In this document: positions 1 through 11,309 of the stretch, in pieces
How positions within the stretch are numbered: the stretch's first letter is position 1
Layout of the letters: every line of letters begins with the position of its first letter
Assembly (NCBI GenBank): GCA_963713605.1
Contig: CAVQMO010000005.1
Coordinates: 1 to 64,000 of the forward strand
Direction: 5' to 3'
Length of the DNA stretch: 64,000 nt
Origin: an uncultured Nitrososphaerales archaeon
GTDB taxonomy: Archaea > Thermoproteota > Nitrososphaeria > Nitrososphaerales > Nitrososphaeraceae
Program-made: the position numbers and the translations under genes
The notes under the pieces: model-generated
Told to the model about the DNA's origin: nothing
The model's input: only the letters and a program-made list of their open reading frames with translations
Database searches by the model: none

Positions 1-914
1 AACTTTCCCGACCCTATTTCATATCTGATATTTCTTCTGTCTAAAAGAACGTTGGCGGTTCCAGAAAATCCTCCAAACCATACGTTCTTGCCAATGACGC
101 TGTCAAGGATTACATTCTGATGAGTGATCTTGTCATGGCCCTTGAAATAGGATTTCGCAATTTCACAGTTAAAGCCTATCTTGACATTATTCTCAAATAC
201 ACAATTACGTATGAGTGAGTAATACCAACGAGCTGCCCTTACCGATGTAGCATGACCCCTTTATCTTACAAAAGTCATCTACGATAACATCATCTTCTAT
301 TATGCATGGATCTTCGATAATACTAGTTTTTGCAACTGAGGCCGTTGAAGAAATTATCGTCTTCTTTACACAACTGCGCATTACTTTCTGAACGACGTCG
401 AGAAATTCCCAAGGATATGTTACTACAGTAAGTAAAAGCTCTCTAGAATTTTCAGATTGATAAATGATAGAGTTGAGAGGAACAAGATAGGAGGAATTGT
501 CAAGTGCAGTAGGTTAATGTTCATAGAGCCTTGTGCTGTAAGCCATGCTATAGTTGGTGGTCTGTTTAACACTAAAACTGTTACTACTAACAGAGAACGT
601 CTTCGTTCCTGCGGGTGATTGGTCTACCAATTTTGTCTCTGTACTTTGAAACTTACTAGTCTCAAATAATTCATTTTCATCATAAGTGTCTATCTCAAAT
701 TCAGGTGCCATACTTGTACGAATGTCTTCAAATAAGGCATTGTTTTGGGAACTGCTACATTTTCAATATTCACAATTTGTGATAACAGACGGATATTCCG
801 CATTATGATTGGTTCGCCCATGAAGCTCAAAGAAGAAATGCATCCATGTGTTCCCCAATCCCCACCCATTACGGGATGCATAAAATGATAAGTATTATAG
901 AAAATTATTTTCAC
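1..914 (-). CDS. GlmU-like sugar-phosphate nucleotidyltransferase/hexapeptide acyltransferase, frameshifted, runs off the window
   Basis: ORFs 690..914 and 514..711, plus manual translation of 1..420 (YPWEFLDVVQKV...IEDPCIIEDDVIVDDFCKIKG...NVKIGFNCEIAKSY...NVILDSVIGKNVWFGGFSGTAN), which resembles a left-handed beta-helix C-terminus. Confidence 0.75.
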
Positions 915-1283
915 ACTGTTAACCTATATCAGCCAAGAATCCAAGGTATTTATTTATGATACAAGATTATACCTGTAATTAATACCTAACATTAGGCCTA
1001 TGTAAATGAAAGGTAGAAAGACTTCTGTACTTAATTATATTTTAATAACCATCATATAATATCTGATACAGCAACGCTACTCAATTATCGTTGTATGTTC
1101 TCTGTATGATTAATAGGGAGTCCTACTTGTTTGAACGAAACATTATGATTTATAATAACTCTGCATATTCTAGTATGATCTCTTCTGATTGTCCTTACAT
1201 TTAGTTACTAGTTAGAGAATCTCCCTCATGACGAGGAAGACGTTAACCAGACTCTGAAAAAATCTTTAGATTAGACGAGTTTA

Positions 1284-1632
1284 CTATTCTGACAGCTTTT
1301 CCATTGCGCTTTCTATAAACCTTATTTCATCTTCAACAAGTGGAAAACCTATGCCTTCTAAGGTAAGTCTTTTCTTAACAATCTGTGTTGTCTCCTGTAA
1401 GTCTTTCTTATACAAATCAAGAGCAGTGCACACACTCTTTGTTACTCGGGTAACTATCGCCTTCTTGTGTCCATTCTTGTATCATTCGACTTACCTCGGC
1501 CTCATACTTTATCAGATCTTGTCTTATGAACTGGTTTTCTGTCAAAGAAGTATCTCTCCTTACACCGTCTATTCGTTGAGCCAGGTTCTCTAATGCACGT
1601 ATGTAAATTACCCTTTTGTTTTCGTCTATCAA
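1284..1632 (-). CDS. Hypothetical helical protein (~116 aa), frameshifted near 1430
   Basis: ORF 1417..1632 continues in another frame as CTALDLYKKDLQETTQIVKKRL...AMEKLSE* with the stop at 1284-1286. Confidence 0.5.
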
Positions 1633-2001
1633 TACGTGTTCTTTCGCTTGTCTTAATTATATTAGTAGCCGCTTATCCACCTGACGACTTTCACCCTCAA
1701 TCTTCACTGGAATCGTATCAGGGTGGTATTGCTGTTTCGTATACCTATAGGTCATGTAAAAAAATCAGCACGTTGTATTGGATTGAAGCAGATCCAAATG
1801 CTTAATGCGTTATTAGTTCAACATGAACACCAGATTGCAACATCACCAACTACTCAAACGACACATCAGTGTTATAATATCATTAGTGATATAATGAGAT
1901 GATAATTTAATGTAATAGTAATGAGGTACATAACCATATATTATATTTCAATACTAAACTTTTAGTCTTTCAACAAAGAAATACTTAGTTCGATAGCTTG
2001 T

Positions 2002-2220
2002 TTAGCCCAACGAAAGTGTCAAGATGCCAAGAGTTGGGAGCAAGCAATTAATACAAACAGAGAGCAATTCCTTTGAATTTCTTAAAAAGATGATTTCATC
2101 AGACTTAAAATTCTTGTATTCAATATCACAACCGATCCTCTTGGGGATTTCAGAAGAAGGCAATTCGTCGTATACTTCTTCTTCAATAAGTGGTCTTTTG
2201 TTTATTGGATTTACACTCAT
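2002..2220 (-). CDS. Small hypothetical protein with C-terminal CxxC
   Basis: 72-aa ORF with CINC near the C-terminus and no recognised family. Confidence 0.4.
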   Translation of the reverse strand: MSVNPINKRPLIEEEVYDELPSSEIPKRIGCDIEYKNFKSDEIIFLRNSKELLSVCINCLLPTLGILTLSLG

Positions 2221-2386
2221 CGATACTGCTTCTAAGCAAATGCCCTATATAAGGAATTAGATTGATAGTCATGATTTTTGCATATCTAATTTTGTGCATT
2301 AGTAGTGGCCGAAATAGAATAACCAAGGCCGATGTCATTTTCATACTTTCATTTTTCCAATTTGAATCGAGATATCAATCTGGTCT

Positions 2387-3766
2387 TCATCCAAAGGTGA
2401 AGGTATATAGTTGGAATCCCTTACCTCTTACGTCAACAGTAATAACATGTTGTCCATATTCATCACTATTGATAAGATTGTAAAGTCTTTGACCGTCAAT
2501 TGAAAATTGAGAGGTCCTATCAGAGATATCTGTTCCGAATCCTTCTTCATCCTTTTGCAGTATTGCTGACGATGATGGTGGTATTGATGTTGGACGATAT
2601 AACATACTGGTAAAGTCATCTATTGAAACTCTTCCTATTGTACCGGGAGGTCCGCCAGCGACGATATTAACAGATTTGGCAGAATAATTTAGGGTGATCC
2701 TGCCCGTTTCGCCTTGCAACTGAATATTGTCTGGATTGTTCTTCCACTGGCCTTCTAGATACACCATATTTGGTTTGAGATTAGAAGTATCATTGTTATT
2801 CGGAATAGTGTACAATATGGCTCGATCGGGTTGAAAGTTTTGTGGATTTCCTATGGGTTCCTGTGCTAACTGATAACCCAAGTAAATTTCAGGCGTTTCT
2901 ACTTTGGAAAAGTCTGTTTCACTTGCTTGTGAATTTTTGTCACCTTCCGAAGTGGCGGGAATCGAGATATTGGAGAATGTTATCTCTGTTTTACCCATTT
3001 TAGCAGCTCGTTCTGCCAATAAATACTGTATTACCTTTTCTGTTTCAGAGTACGCGCCTTCACCTATATGATCATATCGTATATTTCCCTCTGTATCAAT
3101 AATATATTTCCTCGGCCAGTAGCTATTCTCATAGGCATTCCAAGTTCCCTTATCGTTATCCTGTAACACAGGATATTTAATGTGGAATTTGTCGACTGCA
3201 GATTTGACGTTATTGAAGTTCTTCTCAAACTCAAATTCTGGTGTATGAATACCTACAATTGTAAGCCCTTTGTCAGAATATTTTTCATACCAGTCATTAA
3301 GGTATGGTATTGTTCTAATACAGTTAATACAGCTATATGTCCAAAAATCCACAAGTATAACGTTTCCCTTTAAGTCTTGCAAATCTAATGGTTTGCTGCC
3401 ATTGGTATTAATATAACCTGTTAGCTCCTTAAAATTAGGAGCTACTCTAAATTTTGATTTGTCTATCTCATCAAATTCTGTTCGGTTTAGTTTAATCACA
3501 ACAGGATTATTATCTCTCGTCGATGCGAGATTTACCGGCGTGTTTCTTGTCATTTCTTGCTCAGATGATCCTCTAATAAGAATAGACTCTGAAGATGTAG
3601 ATACAGGAGGCTCTGGGGTAAGAATCCTTTCAATCTGTTGTTGCTGCTTTAGTGACTCTAGGCCAGCCGTATTTAACTCGGGATTATTGAAGTATACTGC
3701 AAATCCCACTATCAAGGCAATAACCGTAACTGCCGTCAAGAGAGCCGAAATGTTATCTCTATTCAT
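2387..3766 (-). CDS. Membrane-anchored redoxin/TlpA-type thioredoxin with DipZ-like C-terminal domain
   Basis: N-terminal TM helix, VDFWTYSCINC active site, GIHTPEFEFEK, TPEIYLGY and C-terminal YTFTFG. Confidence 0.9.
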   Translation of the reverse strand: MNRDNISALLTAVTVIALIVGFAVYFNNPELNTAGLESLKQQQQIERILTPEPPVSTSSESILIRGSSEQEMTRNTPVNLASTRDNNPVVIKLNRTEFDEIDKSKFRVAPNFKELTGYINTNGSKPLDLQDLKGNVILVDFWTYSCINCIRTIPYLNDWYEKYSDKGLTIVGIHTPEFEFEKNFNNVKSAVDKFHIKYPVLQDNDKGTWNAYENSYWPRKYIIDTEGNIRYDHIGEGAYSETEKVIQYLLAERAAKMGKTEITFSNISIPATSEGDKNSQASETDFSKVETPEIYLGYQLAQEPIGNPQNFQPDRAILYTIPNNNDTSNLKPNMVYLEGQWKNNPDNIQLQGETGRITLNYSAKSVNIVAGGPPGTIGRVSIDDFTSMLYRPTSIPPSSSAILQKDEEGFGTDISDRTSQFSIDGQRLYNLINSDEYGQHVITVDVRGKGFQLYTFTFG

Positions 3767-3777
3767 GCCTATTGATG

Positions 3778-4708
3778 TTACAACCCTCGTTCAACGTTAA
3801 TTATTTCATTAGCTAATGGAAAATTTCCTAGTAAAGAAAGCTGGTTAGTAAACACCAGTATACCAAGGATGATAAGCAAGACGCCCATTGCTGGATTGAA
3901 GTATTTTAGATACTTAACCATCCTTCTAATCACACCAGTAGCTTGAGAAAAAAAGGCTCCTGTAATTAAGAAGGGAATTCCAAGCCCAATTGAGAATGCC
4001 AATAGTGAATTGTATGCAGCTCCAGGAAAGGTTGGCAGCTAGAGTAAAGATGCTGCCCAGGATTGGACCCACACAAGGAGTCCATCCAGCTGCGAAAGCC
4101 GCTCCAAATACAAACGATGTGATATAGCTGGTCTTGAACTTGGACAAATGCGTCATCCGCTTTTCAAAGTTCAAGCTTCTTATTTTGGTTGAGAGGATGA
4201 GGTATACTCCAAACACTATGATTACAATGCCACCAATTGACGTAAGTATTCCTTGAAAATCTGTTCCAAGGTGAACTAGTACACTATTAATTACCACTCC
4301 TAATACTGCAAATACTAGCGAGAAACCTAGAACAAAGTACACTGTGTTTAAGAAGATGTTTAATTTGGTAGCTCTTTTTATGATAACTGAGCTTTGTCGT
4401 TGTCTAATTTCTTGCAGTTCTCTTATTGATTTAGTACTTCCTTTAGAGGAATAAACGCGATTCATTTCGTCATTTTGGTTCGAAGAGGCATCATCGGTAG
4501 AAGCTAATGATTTCTTTATTGAAGTAAGCGAAGAGGATCCTGATGAAGTAACGGAATCGGGTGGTTTTTCATTCACTGCTGTCTGCACTTCGTTAATTGT
4601 GTTTCCTGCCAGATATGAGATAAAGGCAGGCAAAATCGGAAGAATGCAAGGGGAAAAAAATGACCCAAAACCAGCTAACGCGGATACGAGTATACTGTAA
4701 TCTAGCAT
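3778..4708 (-). CDS. ccdA: CcdA/DsbD-family thiol-disulfide transporter, frameshifted near 4030
   Basis: SFFSPCILPILPAF and WTPCVGPILG motifs. The C-terminal helices lie in ORF 3778..4002. The likely start is MLDYS at 4708. Confidence 0.88.
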
Positions 4709-4917
4709 TCTTGTCCTATTACCACTCGATATTTTTTTTGCAACTGTTTGGATTAATTTTGCAATAGTCACACCACCATGGAATTCGAAAATATGATTTC
4801 ATTAGTTGAAATGAATGAGCAAGTGTTATAACAAATCCAAAATAACCATTCCTTTTGCTTAATGAGAGTATTACACACACATACGAATTTCTACTCTCAA
4901 ATCTATTATACTTTTTT

Positions 4918-4946
4918 CCAATTCACATCCAAATCTAACCCAGATT
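4918..4946. promoter_or_regulatory. Three CCA(A/G)(A/T)T(C/T) units at 11-bp spacing upstream of ccdA
   Basis: ccaattc at 4918, ccaaatc at 4929, ccagatt at 4940. Confidence 0.4.
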
Positions 4947-5216
4947 GAATTAGGGCAATATTTGAGTATTCGATTATTTTAGGACACCATTACCTGATTC
5001 ATAAATGCTTACACATATCTGAAATAATGTACAACAAAGCTTGAATAGCCAATGAATTAGGCCTTATGCTAGAATAATCATTTTCAGTGACTATGATATG
5101 AAATGGATATTAAAAAGTACTTAAAATTCCGGAACATTTACATGTGTTCTCCAATTCCACATAGAATTTCGGTTTGGTTGGAAACAGTTTTAATACGCAT
5201 TTGCGCCATAATATTT

Positions 5217-5690
5217 ATGTCAAAGATTTTAAATGCCAGTCCAGGTTTTGGCGCACCTCTGAGTGAACAAGAAACTAAAGATTTCTTAAATTCTAAGATT
5301 TTGAATGTGCATCTTGGGACAGTTGATGAGAATGGTCATGCAAATATTCATCCTGCATGGTACTATTACGATTCTTCAAAGGACAAAATATACGTTGAAA
5401 CAGGAAGACAATCAAAGAAAACAAACAATCTGAAAAGAAGTGATATAATTTACTTTTGCATCGACGATCAAAATCCTCCGTACAAAGGTGTACACGGAAA
5501 GGGAACTGTAAAGATTTATGAAGATGTAGACTTTAACGTTCCAGTTGCGGAGAAGATACATTTAAGATATTTAGGAAGTCTAGAGAATCCTATCTCCAAG
5601 GCACTTATGGATGCGATAAAGAATGGTCAATCAGTTGTCTTGGAAATTAGCCCAAAATATTACTCAACTTGGGATTACAGTAAAATGTAA
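5217..5690 (+). CDS. Pyridoxamine 5'-phosphate oxidase-family (flavin/F420-binding split barrel) protein
   Basis: LGTVDENGHANIHPAWY...SKKTNNLKR...YFCID...PYKGVHGKG. Likely start MSKIL at 5217. Confidence 0.85.
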   Translation: MSKILNASPGFGAPLSEQETKDFLNSKILNVHLGTVDENGHANIHPAWYYYDSSKDKIYVETGRQSKKTNNLKRSDIIYFCIDDQNPPYKGVHGKGTVKIYEDVDFNVPVAEKIHLRYLGSLENPISKALMDAIKNGQSVVLEISPKYYSTWDYSKM

Positions 5691-6068
5691 AAAGATCATA
5701 TGAATCATATTTTTCGGTCAATTCTAAATCCTGATGCACTGGTTATCGGTTATTTAATGCTTTTTTACATTTATGGTAAAATGAAGAATGTAAATATGAG
5801 CTAACTTTAGTTAAGAGATCATAGGATCGCAATTCCAATGACCTGTATGAGCATTGTCAAACGCGCTGAAATACGGGATAAAGGTTTCAATCAAATAGAA
5901 GACACTAGACCGAGTTAGGTTTGTTGATCTACTACAGTTGACACTTTTTTGCGTGAAACTTCTTAATTTCCAAAGTAGAAATAGGTTATTTTTGTCTTAA
6001 ATTTTGAATTATCTCTGTAGGATTAACTCCAAGATACATACTCAACATGCTTAGCTCACATTCAACAC

Positions 6069-6335
6069 TTACCAATAAGCGCTTTCAGATTCAAGATCAG
6101 GATCAGTATTGCTTCTGTTGGAGATATACTCATTTATTTTTTCAAGGCCCTTAAATATTCCCTCAATTGCGAAAATCGAAGGAGCATTGGTTGTGGGAAG
6201 TTCACCACAACAGCTATCCTCAAATTTCTTGATATCATACTCCACGTACTCAATCCCCGATAATTTCAAGAGATCAATTGCCTTCAAAGATTCGTCAGAC
6301 TCATCCATTAGCAAAACTGGCTTCCGTTTGGACAC
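6069..6335 (-). CDS. Small glutaredoxin-like protein
   Basis: LLKLSGIEYVEYDI, CCGELP and APSIF...FKGLEKI follow a Grx-fold pattern. Confidence 0.6.
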   Translation of the reverse strand: MSKRKPVLLMDESDESLKAIDLLKLSGIEYVEYDIKKFEDSCCGELPTTNAPSIFAIEGIFKGLEKINEYISNRSNTDPDLESESAYW

Positions 6336-6772
6336 AAGATATTATAGTTAAGCGGGTAGATAAATACATAATCACTGCCTTCATTGAAGTAATTCTAAAG
6401 TGTAGGCAAGAAGCTTGTCGTGGTCATAGTATAAACTACAAGGCGCTCCTAAGTCTTTTTGTTAAAAATTTTCATGACCTTTTTTTATGTTGTGCTTATA
6501 TGGATGACTTTTCGAGAGATAGATATGCCAAAAGACCAAAATATAGAACCTATAGCAATATCATATTTGCACGTATGATCGTCTTAACAATTTTCATCGT
6601 ACATCTTTCACTATTTCAAGCATCAAGTAACCCGGTAATAGTACATACATTGAATAATGCATATGTATATGCATGTAGAAAGTACATTCATATGAAAAGA
6701 GAAGAGGCTAAGAACATCTAGAGCATCAGTCACTGTATCGGAATAGGGGTGAATGGTTCCGAATGATCGATT

Positions 6773-7594
6773 TTAACCGGATACGATTGTTCCAGTACCT
6801 ATGATTTCTTCACAGTCCCCTGCATTATCGTCATTTTCTGATACATTGAAGTCTATTACCACATCTGTACCTTCACCACAATCAAAGTAATCTGCCCCAG
6901 CACTGCCAATTAGAATATCGTCTCCCTCGCTACCATACAGTTTATCGTTACCCTCATCGCCAACCAAATAGTCATCGTCAAGTCCTCCTACTATCACATC
7001 GTTGTCTGTTCTGCCGAAGATCTGGTCACTTCCAATCCCTCCTTGGAGTATATCATTTCCTGCATCGCCATATAATTTGTCAGAGTCTTCGTTTCCTTGG
7101 ATTTTATCATTCCCTCCTTCACCATTAATTGTATCGGTACCCAACAGGCCAATTATTATGTCGTTTCCATCGGTACCAGTAATACGGTCACCTCCGAAGG
7201 ATCCAGTTATGAGATTTTCTTGAGAAGTGTTATTGTCATTACCATTATCTTGTAGTGACGATGAAGTAGAAGCAGGTATTGTATCCCCATCGTTACTTTC
7301 TGATTCAGTGCTAAGATCTAACACCCTCCCAGAAGATGATGAGGTTGAGGAGGTTGAAGAGGGTGACGAGGGTGATGAAGGAGTGGACAAACTTTGTCCC
7401 TCTTGTTGTTGTGATGATGGTGATGAGGATGATTGTTGCTGTTGTTCTTGTTGAACCTGTGCATGGATTGGACTTGTTAATGGTATGGTGCATAAGTAGA
7501 CAACTGGCACCAATATCACTGATATTGCCATTATCATAAATATATTAACTGTGACAAAAGATTGGCTCCACCTATTATTACTGATATCCTTCAT
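6773..7594 (-). CDS. Secreted RTX (hemolysin-type) calcium-binding repeat protein
   Basis: Signal/TM segment, Q/S-rich linker and multiple GxxGxDx(L/I) nonapeptides. Confidence 0.88.
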   Translation of the reverse strand: MKDISNNRWSQSFVTVNIFMIMAISVILVPVVYLCTIPLTSPIHAQVQQEQQQQSSSSPSSQQQEGQSLSTPSSPSSPSSTSSTSSSSGRVLDLSTESESNDGDTIPASTSSSLQDNGNDNNTSQENLITGSFGGDRITGTDGNDIIIGLLGTDTINGEGGNDKIQGNEDSDKLYGDAGNDILQGGIGSDQIFGRTDNDVIVGGLDDDYLVGDEGNDKLYGSEGDDILIGSAGADYFDCGEGTDVVIDFNVSENDDNAGDCEEIIGTGTIVSG

Positions 7595-8000
7595 CTCTCA
7601 TATAGTAACAAAAGAACAGCTATATAACATATTACTATCTTTCAATTTGTTGAATTAACCAACAGAGGCATAAGTGTAATGTGCTTTTACCTAACAGATA
7701 GGATTGATATTTTTGAATACTGATACTATCAAGAATTATCCATATGGGTAAATGTCACGTTAGTTGTTACAACTTGCCCATAAACTTCTACCATGAATAG
7801 CTATTTCTGTCGATTTTGTTGACGATCTGTTAATCTTCAATATCGTAATCACCGAAAGGAATATGTCACCAGAAGTCCAGAAAAATCCCTCCATAGTATG
7901 GTAGCTATATAGATGACATAAATTCACTTTTTATCCGCAAGAAAATCTGTTGTGATTTGTAAAAATAGATAAATAGAATATAGAACTTTATGTACTTGAA

Positions 8001-8594
8001 ATGAAAGCAAAGATTTTGGCTACGACCGCGATAGTTACGGCCGCTTTATTAGCCATAACAAGTTTTACAACCTTTACACCTGGGCAAGAGGTTAATGCAC
8101 AAAAGTCAATGATGGGGGGTGACTATGGTGGCTATGGAAATATGACCTCTGGATACCAACAGAAGATGCCTGCGATCAATGGTTCGATTAATTTAGAGCA
8201 AACTATTTTTGAAGCAATTGCTTCTAAAGTTAATACAACACTCACTCAAGCAATAACCACCGCAGAGCAATCGGTAGGAAATAACTCATTTGCGTTAGCA
8301 GCCTTTGGTGGTGATCACGATGGATTCTTGGCATATACGATCCTACTAGGTACTCCCGATATGGAATTCTATAAGGTTATAGTAGATCCTGGAAACGGAC
8401 AAGTATTGGCGTCAAATGAGGTATCACACACAGAATGGATGAAAATGCAACAAATGATGCATAGCAGTAGCACAGGTGGGGAAGGAAAGATGATGATGGG
8501 ACATGAGGGAATGATGGGACGTGAAGGCATGATGGGACATGAGGGAATGATGGGACGTGAAGGCATGATGGGACACGAGAGAATGATGAAATAG
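8001..8594 (+). CDS. Secreted PepSY-domain protein with Met/His-rich tail
   Basis: Signal peptide, TLTQAITTA...VIVDPGNGQVL and five MMG(H/R)E(G/R) repeats. The true stop may be near 8653 after a frameshift (GHGSGDYSEYGGDVGERWW*). Confidence 0.75.
   Translation: MKAKILATTAIVTAALLAITSFTTFTPGQEVNAQKSMMGGDYGGYGNMTSGYQQKMPAINGSINLEQTIFEAIASKVNTTLTQAITTAEQSVGNNSFALAAFGGDHDGFLAYTILLGTPDMEFYKVIVDPGNGQVLASNEVSHTEWMKMQQMMHSSSTGGEGKMMMGHEGMMGREGMMGHEGMMGREGMMGHERMMK
8493..8588 (+). repeat. 18-bp coding tandem repeat, alternating units, about 5 copies
   Basis: atgatgggacatgaggga alternates with atgatgggacgtgaaggc. Confidence 0.95.
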
Positions 8595-8832
8595 GTCATG
8601 GCAGCGGGGATTACTCAGAATATGGCGGTGACGTTGGGGAAAGGTGGTGGTAGATATACTGGCAAGTATGATGATGATGATGATTATTTTAACTACTCAG
8701 ATCATCATCATATAACTCTTGAGGGTGATGTTATAATAGGAACACCATCATCATTTTTTTGTTCAATTTTGGGAATTGAGTATCGGTCTGGAAATCAAAT
8801 CATATTGGTGTAGTTCCATTTGCTTTTCCATT

Positions 8833-9075
8833 CTAATTACAATAGACGAATGAAAAAAATGCTCTGCTGTTACTTCCATACGCCCTCTTAAGCTTCCTAA
8901 ATATGTTCAAACATTCATAGGAATCAAAAACAGATCTTCTATCATCAGCCCTTATCATGCTACTTTGATCTTTTTCTTTTTCTACTTTTTCAATAATTTG
9001 CCTCTGAAATGCCTGATTTTCATAGATGAAGATAGGCTTTCCACAAATTGGACACCAGTCTATAATCTTGCTCAT
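8833..9075 (-). CDS. TRASH/YHS-like small metal-binding protein
   Basis: CPICGKPI...FDSYECLNIF pattern. Confidence 0.65.
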   Translation of the reverse strand: MSKIIDWCPICGKPIFIYENQAFQRQIIEKVEKEKDQSSMIRADDRRSVFDSYECLNIFRKLKRAYGSNSRAFFSFVYCN

Positions 9076-9088
9076 TTCTCACTTATCA

Positions 9089-9265
9089 CTTTTTTTGGCT
9101 TAACTGGATCCATTTTATTCCTGTTCATCTCATTAACCACAGGATAAAAACCAAATCCAATAAAATCATTGCACTGATAATTACAGCCAAGGATAATTTT
9201 GATTTAAAAGCCGAAACTCGGGCTACCTTTTCGACGAGTTGATTCTTGTTGGTGCTTGTGATCAT
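9089..9265 (-). CDS. 58-aa single-TM protein, not in the ORF track
   Basis: MITSTNKNQLVEKVARVSAFKSKLSLAVIISAMILLDLVFILWLMRTGIKWIQLSQKK*, directly upstream of the TRASH-like gene. Confidence 0.45.
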
Positions 9266-9344
9266 GCTTCTTTTCAATTTTATGTGTAGTTAATACTTTA
9301 ATCATGTAATCATGAGTTCACCTAATCTGTATATATCGAATTTC

Positions 9345-9384
9345 CCAAATCATACCCAAATCCATACCAAATCGTTACCAAAGT
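9345..9384. promoter_or_regulatory. Four CCAAATC-like units with exact 11-bp period
   Basis: ccaaatc at 9345, 9356 and 9367, and ccaaagt at 9378. A TATA-like tatatat lies near 9330. Confidence 0.55.
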
Positions 9385-9720
9385 TTGCCCCTTTGCAAAC
9401 AACATAGCCAACATTTTTTCAATTTTATTCAGAAGAATTTCATTAACTTATTTCCAAAGCAAGGATTGATTTTTCCCACTATCAATTGTATAACAAAACT
9501 CGATCTCACTTGAGGTATGTTGTTGTGTCGCATACCTATTTCCTAGTAGGAATATGAGGTAGTGCTGTTTACTTAGTCAAGTACTAAATTATAAAATAAT
9601 ATTAGGTAGACAACCCTCTGTGTAGAGTCGATTCCAGGATATATTTATGACGAGCTGAATCTACAAGGCTTTTTAACCTTACCTTCCTAATCCCTAACTT
9701 ATTATATAAAATGCGTTTTA

Positions 9721-10951
9721 TTATAAAGTAGGTAGTACAATATGGGTTGACTTCTTGTCTAGACCTATGGTTAGTCTAGACATGGTGAAATTTCCTTGTA
9801 TAAAAGGGAGAAAGTCTTCTTTCACTGAGTTGGTGCTGATGGGGGAACGATTCTCTCTTACACTTAGGTTCTTTAGATCTATGTTAGCATTATCCCATCT
9901 GAATGTCGCTTGGGGGCCACCCCAAGTAATGATTTGATCTGGAGCTCCCTTGCATTCACCTCCAGCGCTCCCCCAACCTCCTTTATCTACAAAGTCATAT
10001 ACCTTCTGCCACTGGTTGTCATTATTAGGATCTACATAGCTCTCCATCTTAACTGCCGTCTTGCCATCCAGTAGGAAGTTATACATTACTACCTTGAAGC
10101 CCACAAATTTGTGGTCACCTGAGGCGGGCGAATTTTTCCACGGGGAAAAGACGTAGCTTATATGCCACTGCTCTTTTGCCCATCTGACCCGACCGGAGGT
10201 GTATTCTAATGATCCCTTGTATTGAGTGCCTTCACAGCCTTCTGGCCAACCGTTACCTGTATTTCTTCCACCTCTCGCATACCATGTCCAGTCGTCATCT
10301 CCACCGGAATTGAACTTTACCTGTCCCGTCATCTCTACATTCTTCCAATCATTTGGAGATTGCATGTACCCTCTATCTGCTAAAATAGAATAATCTTTGA
10401 CGACTAGGTCGGGATGGTATCCAGAAGACGTGTATACACCATATCTGACCTGATCCTCAGTCACTTTCCAAGAACCATCAGCATTCTTCGACATTGGTAT
10501 TTGCTTTGTTCGCGGATCGTTGTTCGGGTCTTGCATATTCATAAACCATTCCTCACCCCCAGGCTTTGTCGGATAGATTTTCTTTATTCCGAATTTATCA
10601 TTAGTACCCGCGTCAGGTACTGGACACCGTGGAGACAAGACCCTCTGACCCCTGAGCTCTTATTTGTGAGTTCGATATCATATTATCGGCCAACAGGTTC
10701 GTTGATTCATTTTCTACACTAGTAGGAAGACGAGGAGAATTCAAACTATTAGTGGTTGGGATACTAATAGGAATGTCATATTCGTTATCGATCAAAGAAG
10801 GATCGAGTTTCGGAAGTGCGCGTAGGTCTGCACTACACATGACAGAAAAGATAATAACAGCCAGCAAAGTGACTGATGTAGCCCTACTCGTCGATAACCA
10901 ATCGCGCAATTCTTCTATTGAAATGGACCAATACGTATTTACATGGAGCAT
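9721..10951 (-). CDS. Secreted beta-sandwich carbohydrate-binding/lyase-like protein of AOA, frameshifted near 10640
   Basis: N-terminal TM in 10613..10951, then DKFGIKKIYPTKPGGEEW...WKNVEMTG...WGGPQATFRWD, which is Trp/Tyr rich. Confidence 0.6.
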
Positions 10952-11309
10952 CTAATTCTGTTCTACGATTGGCTATGATGTTTTCCATCAAAGAACATTC
11001 AAGCAATTACAAACTATAATCTATTATTGAGCTATAGAAATATATTTTCAATACTAACAACTTTACCATAGAAAGTTAGTGAATCGGTGATGTTGTATTT
11101 GAGTGCTAATGATTGTGCCGGTCTACAATATGGAAGTCTTTAGGCATGACATGGAGCAGGTCCTGATTTTGAGAACGGTTTCTTCATCATCTAGTGTCCC
11201 TACACATACACACATAAGTGGCTGCATTATATTGGGAGCGTACCCCTAGTGAAAGAATTTGGCATGACTCCAATTTGTTCTTCATTTCAGCCATAAGGGA
11301 GTACGTGGG

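Noticed and set aside
6278..6721. 147-aa plus-strand ORF and other antisense ORFs overlapping called genes
   Set aside because: They have no recognisable motifs and overlap better-supported genes.
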